Origin: an uncultured Actinomycetes bacterium
GTDB taxonomy: Bacteria; Actinomycetota; Actinomycetes; S36-B12
Assembly (NCBI GenBank): GCA_913061025.1
Contig: CAJXUJ010000003.1
Location: 1-33,017 of the forward strand
Direction of reading: 5' to 3'
Length of the DNA stretch: 33,017 bases
The translations under genes were made by a program, and so were the position numbers. The notes below the pieces were generated by a model that was not told the DNA's origin, made no database searches, and was given only the letters and a program-made list of their open reading frames with translations. How positions within the stretch are numbered: the first letter of the stretch is position 1; every line of letters begins with the position of its first letter. Shown here one piece after another: positions 8,825 through 17,417 of this stretch.

Positions 8825-8861
8825 CGTGCCGAGCGTAGGTGCTGCCGGTAGCGTTGTCGCT
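8825..8861. promoter_or_regulatory. 37-bp divergent menE/menB promoter region with two back-to-back leaderless -10 elements
   Basis: Minus strand TACGCT (8837-8832) lies 7 nt before the menE ATG; plus strand TAGCGT (8849-8854) lies 7 nt before the menB ATG. Confidence 0.6.
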
Positions 8862-9794
8862 ATGGATACCCGCACGCGCTACCCACTGCCACCCGTTGCT
8901 CCTGACGATTCGCCGGTGTGGCAAGACCCGGCTCATAGTTCGATGCGCGCGGGGTGCGGATGGGAAACGGTGGGTGACTATCGGGACATCCGATACGAGA
9001 TTTCCACGGGTGACGACGCGGGGATTGCCAAGATCACGATCAACCGGCCGCACAAGCGGAACGCCTTCCGGCCGCAGACTCTCTTCGAACTCTCGCACGC
9101 AATGAACGTCGCCCGTGATGACGACCGCATCGGGGTCATCATCCTGACTGGGCAGGGCGATCTCGCCTTCTGCTCGGGAGGCGATCAGGTGATCAGGGGA
9201 GACGACGGTTACATCGGCGACGACGAGGTCGCGGATAAGGGAATCGGTCGGCTGAATGTGCTCGATTTGCAGATCCAGATTCGACGCACTCCCAAGCCGG
9301 TGATCGCGATGATTGCGGGCTACGCCATCGGCGGTGGCCACGTGCTCCATGTGGTCTGCGATCTGAGCATTGCCGCGGACAACGCGCGCTTTGGTCAGAC
9401 GGGTCCCAAAGTTGGTTCCTTCGATGGGGGATACGGCTCGGGTCTACTGGCCCGGACCATCGGGCAGAAGCGATCGCGTGAGGTTTGGTACACCTGCCGG
9501 CAGTACGGGGCCGAGCAGGCTTTTGACTGGGGTCTGGTGAACGCCGTTGTTCCGATCGAGGATCTCGAGATCGAGACGGTTCGCTGGGCTCGGGACATGC
9601 TGCAGTTGTCGCCGCTCGCACTGCGAATGCTGAAGGCTTCGCACAACGCGGCCGACGATGGCCTCGCGGGTGTGCAGCAGTTGGCAGGCGATGCGACGCT
9701 GCTGTTCTACATGACCGAAGAGGCGCAAGAAGGGCGAGACGCCTACAAAGAGAAGCGTGCCCCGGACTTCGAGCAGTTCCCGCGGCGTCCGTGA
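8862..9794 (+). CDS. menB: 1,4-dihydroxy-2-naphthoyl-CoA synthase
   Basis: [35 protein letters not shown] and [13 protein letters not shown] motifs. Start re-assigned to ATG 8862; the upstream part of the ORF call overlaps menE. Confidence 0.96.
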   Translation: MDTRTRYPLPPVAPDDSPVWQDPAHSSMRAGCGWETVGDYRDIRYEISTGDDAGIAKITINRPHKRNAFRPQTLFELSHAMNVARDDDRIGVIILTGQGDLAFCSGGDQVIRGDDGYIGDDEVADKGIGRLNVLDLQIQIRRTPKPVIAMIAGYAIGGGHVLHVVCDLSIAADNARFGQTGPKVGSFDGGYGSGLLARTIGQKRSREVWYTCRQYGAEQAFDWGLVNAVVPIEDLEIETVRWARDMLQLSPLALRMLKASHNAADDGLAGVQQLAGDATLLFYMTEEAQEGRDAYKEKRAPDFEQFPRRP

Positions 9795-10858
9795 CATCAG
9801 GCTGGCCTCCTGGGCCGGAGTCGGTCGAGGAGCTGCTCGGCGCTGCGGTTGCCTTCTCGCTCCCCTTGCGAGTTCCCTTCCGGGGTCTGACTGTTCGCGA
9901 GGGCATGCTGATCAAAGGGCCATCGGGTTGGGGTGAGTTCGCGCCGTTCGACGATTACGACGCGTCTCGAAGCGCTCGCTGGTTGGCGGCCGGTCTCGAG
10001 GCAGCCTGGGGTGAGTGGCCACCGGCGTTGCGTTCGTCGATCGAGGTCAACGCGATCATCCCCGGCGTCGATGCGACTCGAGCGGGTGCTCTTGCGCGGG
10101 AAGCGATCTGGGAGCAGGGGTGCACCACGATCAAAGTCAAGGTCGGGACATCCCTCGCCGATGACGAAGCTCGAGTGGTGGCAGTACGGGACGCGTTGGA
10201 CTCATCCAATGTCGATGGCCGGATCCGACTCGACGCGAACGGTCTGTGGAGTCTGGAGCAGGCACGCACCGCGCTCCGTCGCCTCGGTCGCTATGGAATC
10301 GAATACGTGGAGCAGCCGTGCGCCACGTTGGACGACATCGCTCGGCTCCGCGCGGAGGTGGATGTTCCTATCGCGGTCGATGAGGTGATTCGGCTGGCTT
10401 CGGATCCGCAGGGTGTTCGCTTGGACGGCAAAGCTGATGTGGCTATCTGCAAGCCGATGACGGTTGGCGGTGCACACGCAACCGTTCGTTTTGCGGAACG
10501 AGTGGGAGTCCCGGTAGTGATCAGCGGATCTTTGGATTCGAGCATTGGGCTGTCGGCGTGTATCGCCGCTGCGGCCGCGCTCCCCGACCTTCCATTCGCG
10601 AGTGGGCTCGGCACCGGTGCCCTGTTCGAACGCGATGTCACGGATCCGCCGATCCGTCCGACATCAGGGAAACTAACCGTCGAGCGAACGGCCCCCGACC
10701 TCGAAGCGTTGATGCATGCGACAGAAGGCGTGTCCGAGGAGCGAGCCCGCTGGTGGCGCGAACGCCTGGTCGAGGCGTATCAGGTGCTGACATTGAGCGA
10801 TTACGCTGACGTCCGCGGGCCTGACCCGTCCACGGACGCGAGGAAGATGGAAGGCTGA
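9791..10858 (+). CDS. menC: o-succinylbenzoate synthase
   Basis: Actinobacterial OSBS motifs [29 protein letters not shown] and AVDE (enolase superfamily metal ligands). Confidence 0.92.
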   Translation: MTSGWPPGPESVEELLGAAVAFSLPLRVPFRGLTVREGMLIKGPSGWGEFAPFDDYDASRSARWLAAGLEAAWGEWPPALRSSIEVNAIIPGVDATRAGALAREAIWEQGCTTIKVKVGTSLADDEARVVAVRDALDSSNVDGRIRLDANGLWSLEQARTALRRLGRYGIEYVEQPCATLDDIARLRAEVDVPIAVDEVIRLASDPQGVRLDGKADVAICKPMTVGGAHATVRFAERVGVPVVISGSLDSSIGLSACIAAAAALPDLPFASGLGTGALFERDVTDPPIRPTSGKLTVERTAPDLEALMHATEGVSEERARWWRERLVEAYQVLTLSDYADVRGPDPSTDARKMEG

Positions 10859-10862
10859 GCCC

Positions 10863-12617
10863 GTGGAAACCCAGATGCCTCCGTCGGTTGCCCAAGCCCT
10901 CGTGATGGTGGACGAACTCATGCGCTGCGGTGTCACGGATGTGGTGCTCGGCGTGGGGTCTCGGTCGGCACCATTGGCCCTTGCGTTGGCGGCCGCAGAA
11001 GAACGAGGCGAAATTCGACTCCACGTACGCGTCGACGAGCGCGTCGCGGGATTCCTTGCCCTGGGAATCGGCAAGGCGACGGGGGTGCCCGCTGCAGTCG
11101 TGACGACTTCGGGAACGGCCGTGGCAAATCTGCTGCCGGCCGTCGTTGAAGCTCACGAGTCGCGCATCCCACTCATCGTCCTCACCGCGGATCGGCCGGG
11201 CCGCCTTCGCGATGTGGGCGCTAACCAGGTGATCGCTCAGTCGGGCATCTTCGGCAGGTTCAGCAAACTCGACATTGACATGGAGCCGGCCCACGGCAAC
11301 GAGAATCGCTACTGGCGGTCCACAGTCGCCCGGAGCGTGGCGGTGGCGACGGATTCCATCGATCCGGGACCCGTTCACGTGAACGCTCCCTTCGAGGAAC
11401 CCCTCGTCGGTGACGCGGTGATGCAGCCACTCCCGCCCACGTTGGCAGGTCGCCCTGATGGTCGGCCGTGGACCGCGGATGCACGGCTCGTCGCCGGGAT
11501 GAGCATTCCGCTGGACGAGGCGCTCGCGCTGCTCGATGAGCAGGCGACCGTTCCCGCGCGGGGCCTGATCGTGGTTGGTGATCACAATGACGACGACACC
11601 GTGGATCTCGTAGACGAACTCGCCGATGCGCTCGGCTGGCCGGTCATCTCCGAACCATCGGGACGAGCGAGTGGCGCTCAGCAGGGATTGGCGCACGGTC
11701 CGCTGGTGTGTGACGACCCGAGTTTCGTCGATGCTCATGTCCCGGATCTGGTGATCACAGTGGGCCGGGTAGGTCTCTACCGCTCGCTAGCGGCGTTGAT
11801 AGCCGCATCGACCATGCACATCGCAGTCGACACGCGCTCGTCCTGGAGTGACCCCACTCGCAGTGCCGACCTAGTACTCGCGTCGGTCCCATTGCCTCCC
11901 TCGTCGGCGGGCGATGACCCCGAGTGGTGGTCGGATTGGGAACGGGCGGACCTCCTTGCGGCCGCTGCCGTGGAGACAGTGCTCGGTTCGGACAGTGGTG
12001 TGCTGACCGGAATGCAAGTAGCGCGCGTCGTGACGAGTGTGCTTCCGGAAGACGGTCAGTTGTTTCTCGGATCCTCTTCTGTGGTCCGACACGTCGGCAG
12101 TTTCGCCGGAGGCTCGCTCGCCACTATCGATGTTCTGGGGAACCGTGGAACGTCCGGCATCGATGGCTGTGTGTCGACCGCGTGGGGTGCAGCGGTGGGC
12201 TTTCAAGCACTCGGTGGAGGCTCGACCGTGGCGTTGGTTGGCGATGAGACCTTCTGGTACGACTCCAATGCCCTCGCCGTGTCACAGGAAGAACCGCGGC
12301 CCGATCTCGTCGTCGTCGTTGTGGACAACGACGGCGCCGGAATCTTCTCGACGCTCGAACAGGGTGCGGGCGCGTTCGAGTCGCACTTCGATCGGGTCTT
12401 CGGAGTGCCGTTGGGTCTTCGACTGTCGGAGCTCGCGTCGAGCTACGGCGTCTCGGTTTGCGAAGTCACCTCGGGCTCAGAGTTAGCCGAGGCAGTGAGC
12501 GAGCGGCTGTCGGACGGAGTTCACGTCGTGGTTGTCCGAACCTGCGATCGGACGATGGAGGCTGAAACACTCTCGAGCGTGCGGGATGCCGTTCGCCAGG
12601 CGATCGACAGCGGCTGA
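10863..12617 (+). CDS. menD: SEPHCHC synthase (ThDP-dependent)
   Basis: GSRSAPLA, RVDERVAGF, TTSGTAVAN, LTADRP, GNRGTSGIDG and the ThDP-binding GD...DNDGAGIF motif. Confidence 0.95.
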   Translation: METQMPPSVAQALVMVDELMRCGVTDVVLGVGSRSAPLALALAAAEERGEIRLHVRVDERVAGFLALGIGKATGVPAAVVTTSGTAVANLLPAVVEAHESRIPLIVLTADRPGRLRDVGANQVIAQSGIFGRFSKLDIDMEPAHGNENRYWRSTVARSVAVATDSIDPGPVHVNAPFEEPLVGDAVMQPLPPTLAGRPDGRPWTADARLVAGMSIPLDEALALLDEQATVPARGLIVVGDHNDDDTVDLVDELADALGWPVISEPSGRASGAQQGLAHGPLVCDDPSFVDAHVPDLVITVGRVGLYRSLAALIAASTMHIAVDTRSSWSDPTRSADLVLASVPLPPSSAGDDPEWWSDWERADLLAAAAVETVLGSDSGVLTGMQVARVVTSVLPEDGQLFLGSSSVVRHVGSFAGGSLATIDVLGNRGTSGIDGCVSTAWGAAVGFQALGGGSTVALVGDETFWYDSNALAVSQEEPRPDLVVVVVDNDGAGIFSTLEQGAGAFESHFDRVFGVPLGLRLSELASSYGVSVCEVTSGSELAEAVSERLSDGVHVVVVRTCDRTMEAETLSSVRDAVRQAIDSG

Positions 12618-12629
12618 CGAGTCAGTTTC

Positions 12630-14345
12630 ATGGACCCCGAGCGTCGCGAAAGGATCGTTCAAGCAGCGGCCGATCTGTTTGCCGCTTACGGAGTAATCAA
12701 CGTCGGACGACACGACATCGCGCGCCGAGCCGACGTCACGATGCGATCGGTGAACGCCGTCAGTGCCCACCGAACAGACCTGCTCCGGGAAGTGCTCGAG
12801 CGTCTCCCGACCAGCCCGGTTGCCGAAGCCATCCGGGCGCAGGCGGATAGCCCCTCCGATGAAGAATCTGGGGCGACGGCGATGTCGGCTCTTCTGTCTG
12901 CCGCTCACGAAGCGCTGGGTAACCCATCGGCAGCATGGGATCCGCTCGAATTGCAGGCTCTCGCGGCCGCGCCTTATGACGACGCTCTGCGCGCCCTTGT
13001 CGGATACCGCGTCGAGCGCCGCTGGGATGCGGTGCGCGAAGTCCTTCGACAACTCGAAATCTCCGGTGACCGGAAAGACGTAGATGCAGCGGTTTTGCAC
13101 GTGCTGGCTGTAGGGATCGGTGTTGCTGTGCTCGCACCGGTTCTGCCGGGGGCGCACGACACCCGGGCGTGGACTGCTTTAACAGCCCGCATCATGGAGA
13201 GCCTGTCTGCGCATGAGCCGCTTGCCGGACAGGGGTCGGGATTGGGGCCAGCGGGCCGCACCTGGCGGGCGCGACTACAGCTTCCGAGCGGCCCGGATTC
13301 GATTGCTCACCTCACTCGGGTGTTGTCCATGCTCGACGTATCACTCGTCACGATGACGGTGGCTCCGGTAGGGGCCGACGAGACTATGTCCCTGATTGAT
13401 CTGATCCTTCGGTCTTCCGATCAGATGTCGCGCGCGATGGTTGTCGATTCCCTTCGGACTGTGGGTGAAGACGTGGTAGTCGGTCGAGGTCAAGAAGGCG
13501 ATGTCGATGATGTTGCCGCCCGAGTTCTCGAACTCAGCACTCGATTACTCGGTCAACCGGAGTTCGCTCCGCAAGCTGCCGCCGAACTGCTGCTCGCGGA
13601 TTCCTGGCAAGTGGTCGACGCCTCGGTGGGCGAGGACTCCTCGCCTTTTGCGGCCCGTCTGCAGTGGACGGTTGATCGACACGTGATCGTCCGCCGAGCC
13701 AACGCCCCCTTCACCGCTGGTGAGTACGCGCGCGCGACCGCGCTGCTGGAGTTGATGGACGCGGTAACCGTGGCTCACGGCGCTGCGAGTTTCGGCTGGC
13801 TCGACACTCTTGCCGATGGCACGGAGTTGGTTACTCGGCTTGCGCGGCCCGAGGACACCGCCGAAGTCGAGAACCTGCATCGGCGCTGTTCCCCTGACAG
13901 CCTCTATCAGCGGTATTTCACGCCGAAGAACACGTGGCGTGAAGAGAACCTGCGCCGAATCTCCGGAGGTCACCGCGGGATCACCCTCGTCGTTACCCGG
14001 GGCGAGGCCGAGATCGTGGCTATTGGAAACGCTTTTCCGCTTACTCCGGACGAGGGGGACTCCGAACACTTCACCCGGGGCGAAGTTGCCTTACTGGTGG
14101 ACGACGAATGGCACGGACAGGGCATCGGTCGGCTGCTGCTCAGCCATCTCATCGAATCGGCCCCGCAATTGGGGTTCACGCACCTGGTGGCTTTCGTACT
14201 GGAAGACAACGTCGCAATGCAGTCGTTGCTCGACGCGGAGGTGTGGGAGACGCGTCCGGCCCCCGATCTCGGAGCGAATGCGCGCGCATACGCCGCTTCG
14301 GTTGAAGCGCTTAGCGAGACTCGAGAGCCGTCTTCATCGGAATGA
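12630..14345 (+). CDS. TetR-like + ACT-like + GNAT fusion protein; putative Pat-type protein lysine acetyltransferase
   Basis: N-terminal TetR HTH-like segment (RERIVQAAADLF..G...DIARRADV); helical TetR-C-like region; ACT-like segment from aa ~210 (RTWRARLQL...); linker PFTAGEYARATALLEL; GNAT from aa ~394 (LADGTEL..R.ARPED....LHRRCSPDSLYQRYF, GEVALLVDDEWHGQGIGRLL, VLEDNVAM). Confidence 0.8.
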   Translation: MDPERRERIVQAAADLFAAYGVINVGRHDIARRADVTMRSVNAVSAHRTDLLREVLERLPTSPVAEAIRAQADSPSDEESGATAMSALLSAAHEALGNPSAAWDPLELQALAAAPYDDALRALVGYRVERRWDAVREVLRQLEISGDRKDVDAAVLHVLAVGIGVAVLAPVLPGAHDTRAWTALTARIMESLSAHEPLAGQGSGLGPAGRTWRARLQLPSGPDSIAHLTRVLSMLDVSLVTMTVAPVGADETMSLIDLILRSSDQMSRAMVVDSLRTVGEDVVVGRGQEGDVDDVAARVLELSTRLLGQPEFAPQAAAELLLADSWQVVDASVGEDSSPFAARLQWTVDRHVIVRRANAPFTAGEYARATALLELMDAVTVAHGAASFGWLDTLADGTELVTRLARPEDTAEVENLHRRCSPDSLYQRYFTPKNTWREENLRRISGGHRGITLVVTRGEAEIVAIGNAFPLTPDEGDSEHFTRGEVALLVDDEWHGQGIGRLLLSHLIESAPQLGFTHLVAFVLEDNVAMQSLLDAEVWETRPAPDLGANARAYAASVEALSETREPSSSE

Positions 14346-15576
14346 GCTTGGCGCGCGACTCGGCGAGTTCGCGTTCGGGATCGGAACCGGCCACGATGCC
14401 GCAGCCGGCGAAGGCGCGGACAGTTCCGGCCTCCCGATTCACGAGTCCGCAGCGCAGAGCAATGCCGAACTCGCCATCTCCTCGAGCGTCGAACCAGCCC
14501 ACCGGACCCGCGTAGCGATCGCGGGACATCCCTTCAAGTTCTCCAATGACAGTCAACGCCCGTTCGGTGGGAGTGCCGCACACCGCCGCGGTGGGGTGCA
14601 GTGAAGCGGCGAGCGAAAGGAGTGATGCGTCGTCGGCGAGACGGCCCGTGACGTCGGTCGCGAGGTGCTGAACGTTCGCGAGTTCGAGCACGCCGGGGCT
14701 TTCGGGGAGGTCCATGTCGGTGCAGTGCGTAGCGAGCGCCTTTGCGACGGAGCGAACGGCATACGCGTGCTCGGCAAGGTCCTTGTCGCTGGCGAGCAAT
14801 GCCTGCGCCAACCCTTGATCCTCTGCGCTATCGCCGCGGCGTCGCACGGTCCCGGCGAGTACCCGACTCGTGACCAAATCACCGGTTCTACGAACGAGCA
14901 GTTCCGGGGTGGCGCCGACGAGATCCGCAACGTTGAACGTCCAGCAGGTCGGATAGTCGCGAGCCAGCCGGTCGAGCAGCAGTCGAGAATCCACGTCACC
15001 TTCGACGTGAGCTATGACGTCTCGCGCGAGAACCACTTTGTCGATCTCACCCGCATTGATGCGTTCGACCGCCTGGCCGACGGCCTTCTCCCACTCCGGT
15101 CCGCTCATCGCGCCGTCGTTCCACGTAACCGAGATGGGGGAGTGTCGGGGTGTGTGCGCGGTGATCTCGTCGGCACGGATAGGTGCCTCGGCGCCCGGCG
15201 CGTGGATCGTGGTCAACCACGCTTGACCCGAACGCTGTCCGACGAGGACCGCGGGAACGATGATTTCCGAGGCGTCCTGAGGGTCGAAGGCGTACGACGC
15301 AAAGGCAATGGGGCCGGTGCCCGGCACGCTCACCGAGTCATCGATGGACATCGTTTCCAGGAGTTCTGCCCACCACCGCTGGGAGCGGGAGAAGCGTTCC
15401 ACTCCGCGAACCTGCAATCGCGCCGCGATGCCCCAACCGACGAGTCCTTCACCGCGCCGTACCCAACACAGGTTCTCGCCGTCGGGCAGTAGCGACAGCA
15501 GGTCGAGATCCGCATCCAGGGGACGGGTAGTCGCAATGAGCTGTGTAGGTGCTTCTGCGTGGGGATGCGGGGACAC
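14311..15576 (-). CDS. menF: Isochorismate synthase
   Basis: Chorismate-binding motifs [40 protein letters not shown] and AGCGIV; men cluster context. Confidence 0.9.
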   Translation of the reverse strand: MSPHPHAEAPTQLIATTRPLDADLDLLSLLPDGENLCWVRRGEGLVGWGIAARLQVRGVERFSRSQRWWAELLETMSIDDSVSVPGTGPIAFASYAFDPQDASEIIVPAVLVGQRSGQAWLTTIHAPGAEAPIRADEITAHTPRHSPISVTWNDGAMSGPEWEKAVGQAVERINAGEIDKVVLARDVIAHVEGDVDSRLLLDRLARDYPTCWTFNVADLVGATPELLVRRTGDLVTSRVLAGTVRRRGDSAEDQGLAQALLASDKDLAEHAYAVRSVAKALATHCTDMDLPESPGVLELANVQHLATDVTGRLADDASLLSLAASLHPTAAVCGTPTERALTVIGELEGMSRDRYAGPVGWFDARGDGEFGIALRCGLVNREAGTVRAFAGCGIVAGSDPERELAESRAKLIPMKTALESR

Positions 15577-15627
15577 CCAAGAAGGGTAGGGGCATCACCG
15601 GTGCTTGTCCTCTGGGAGCATTCGGCC
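15577..15627. promoter_or_regulatory. Divergent menF/menG promoter region, probably leaderless
   Basis: Minus strand TACCCT (15588-15583) lies 6 nt before the menF GTG; plus strand TGG-GAGCAT (15613-15621, extended -10-like, non-consensus) lies 6 nt before the menG ATG. Confidence 0.45.
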
Positions 15628-16326
15628 ATGTCTCGTGCTGGGTTGGACAAGCAACCGAAGGACGTCGCCGCAATGTTCGACGACGTCGCAGAGCGTTACG
15701 ACCTCACCAACGATGTCCTGGCGCTGGGTCAAACTCGACGGTGGCGCAAGGCGGTTGTGTCAGCCGTTGGGGCGCTGCCGGGTGATCGCGTACTGGACCT
15801 TGCGGCTGGGACGGGAACCTCGAGTGAGCCGATTGCGCGTGCCGGGGCTTTCGTCGTTGCGTGTGATTTTTCCCTCGGGATGCTCGCGGTGGGCCGAACT
15901 CGTAATCCGCGGCTGTCGTTCGTGGCCGGCGACGCCCTGCGGCTCCCCTTCGCCGACAACTCATTCGATGCCGTCACGATCTCCTTCGGGCTGCGAAACG
16001 TCAACGACCGTCACGCGGGGCTCCGAGAGCTCCTCCGGGTGACCAAACCGGGAGGCCGGCTCGTGATCTGCGAGTTTTCGCACCCGACCTGGGCACCTTT
16101 CCGCGAGGTCTACTCGACGTACCTGATGGGTGCGCTTCCGGCCGTGGCGAGGCGGGCGTCGTCCAACCCAGACGCCTACGTCTATCTCGCCGAATCCATT
16201 CGAGCGTGGCCCGATCAGCCGGAACTAGCCCAGGACGTGTTGTCCGCGGGATGGGAAAAGGCAGGGTGGCGGAATCTGTCAGGCGGCATCGTCGCCCTAC
16301 ACAGGGCGACCAAACCGGACGCTTGA
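15628..16326 (+). CDS. menG: Demethylmenaquinone methyltransferase (MenG/UbiE)
   Basis: [27 protein letters not shown] start typical of actinobacteria; SAM motif VLDLAAGTG; ISFGLRNV; YLAESI. Start re-assigned to ATG 15628. Confidence 0.95.
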   Translation: MSRAGLDKQPKDVAAMFDDVAERYDLTNDVLALGQTRRWRKAVVSAVGALPGDRVLDLAAGTGTSSEPIARAGAFVVACDFSLGMLAVGRTRNPRLSFVAGDALRLPFADNSFDAVTISFGLRNVNDRHAGLRELLRVTKPGGRLVICEFSHPTWAPFREVYSTYLMGALPAVARRASSNPDAYVYLAESIRAWPDQPELAQDVLSAGWEKAGWRNLSGGIVALHRATKPDA

Positions 16327-16369
16327 TTGCTCGCTCACCGGGGCCTTACATCGCTCATGATCCGGCCAC

Positions 16370-16375
16370 TATGCT
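16370..16375 (+). promoter_or_regulatory. Putative -10 element (TATGCT) of the nuo operon promoter
   Basis: TANNNT just upstream of the Rex-like palindrome; TTACAT at 16346-16351 is a possible -35 with an 18-bp spacer. Confidence 0.45.
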
Positions 16376-16383
16376 TTCTATGG

Positions 16384-16401
16384 TCGTGAAGGTTTTCACG
16401 A
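16384..16401. promoter_or_regulatory. Rex operator (ROP)-like palindrome upstream of nuoA
   Basis: TCGTGAA-GGTT-TTCACGA, a perfect 7-4-7 inverted repeat closely matching the Rex consensus TTGTGAA-N4-TTCACAA; nuo is a known Rex target in Streptomyces. Confidence 0.8.
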
Positions 16402-16501
16402 ACGCGCAATGTGTGTTCGTGTGCCAATCGGCCGCTCAGCAGCCACGCTCGCATCCGTTCAACCGACGAATGCGACAACCAAGCGAGGGGTAGCCGGCGC
16501 C

Positions 16502-16861
16502 GTGAACGTCTACACGCCGATCTTTGTTCTGGGGGCTTTGGCCTTCGGGTTCGCCGCGTTCTCGGTGGTGATCGCGACCTTCACCGGTCCCAAGCGGTAC
16601 AACCGGGCGAAGTACGACGCCTACGAGTGCGGGATCGAACCCACCCCCCAGCCCATTGGCGGTGGCCGCTTCCCGGTGAAGTACTACCTCACGGCGATGA
16701 TGTTCATCATCTTCGACATCGAACTCGTCTTCCTTTATCCGTGGGCGGTGTCCTTCGACGCTCTCGGCGCCTTCGGACTCGTGGCGATGATGCTGTTCCT
16801 TTTGAATCTGGCCGTTCCCTACGTCTACGAGTGGCGTCGTGGTGGATTGGAGTGGGACTGA
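16502..16861 (+). CDS. nuoA: NADH-quinone oxidoreductase subunit A
   Basis: YECGIEP and [16 protein letters not shown]; start re-assigned to GTG 16502 after GAGGGG. Confidence 0.95.
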   Translation: MNVYTPIFVLGALAFGFAAFSVVIATFTGPKRYNRAKYDAYECGIEPTPQPIGGGRFPVKYYLTAMMFIIFDIELVFLYPWAVSFDALGAFGLVAMMLFLLNLAVPYVYEWRRGGLEWD

Positions 16862-16862
16862 T

Positions 16863-17417
16863 ATGGGTCTTGAAGAGAAGCTTCCCTCAGGGATCTTGCT
16901 GACCAGCGTCGAAAAGGTCGCCGGGTACGCGCGCAAAGGCTCGCTGTGGCCCGCCACCTTCGGTCTTGCCTGCTGCGCGATCGAGATGATGGCGACCGGT
17001 GGCCCCCGCTATGACATCGCGCGGTTCGGCATGGAGGTCTTCCGGGCCTCACCTCGCCAGGCCGACCTCATGATCGTCGCCGGCCGCGTGAGCCAAAAGA
17101 TGGCGCCGGTCCTTCGACAGATCTACGACCAAATGCCCAACCCCAAATGGGTTCTCGCGATGGGTGTGTGCGCCTCGAGCGGCGGAATGTTCAACAACTA
17201 CGCCGTTGTTCAGGGGGTCGATCACGTCGTCCCCGTCGATATGTACCTGCCCGGCTGCCCACCCCGGCCCGAGATGCTCATCGATGCCATCTTGAAGATC
17301 CACGACCAAATTCAGGACATGAAGCTCGGCGCCAACGCCAAAGCGGAGATGTTCGAGAACGAGCAATTGGCACTCGCGGCGCCCAGCACCCTCGAGATGA
17401 AGGGTCTACTCAGGTGA
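16863..17417 (+). CDS. nuoB: NADH-quinone oxidoreductase subunit B
   Basis: [26 protein letters not shown] and PGCPPRPE (N2 cluster ligands); start ATG 16863. Confidence 0.96.
   Translation: MGLEEKLPSGILLTSVEKVAGYARKGSLWPATFGLACCAIEMMATGGPRYDIARFGMEVFRASPRQADLMIVAGRVSQKMAPVLRQIYDQMPNPKWVLAMGVCASSGGMFNNYAVVQGVDHVVPVDMYLPGCPPRPEMLIDAILKIHDQIQDMKLGANAKAEMFENEQLALAAPSTLEMKGLLR

Noticed and set aside
8454-8861. Apparent 136-aa N-terminal extension of MenB, and similar extensions called for resB, menG, nuoA, nuoC, nuoI and nuoJ
   Set aside because: Longest-ORF artefacts overlapping neighbouring genes or promoters; family similarity and stop/start coupling point to the downstream starts.
12615-12670. 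Selenocysteine recoding of the menD TGA
   Set aside because: No convincing bacterial SECIS hairpin downstream, and MenD is already complete at this stop.
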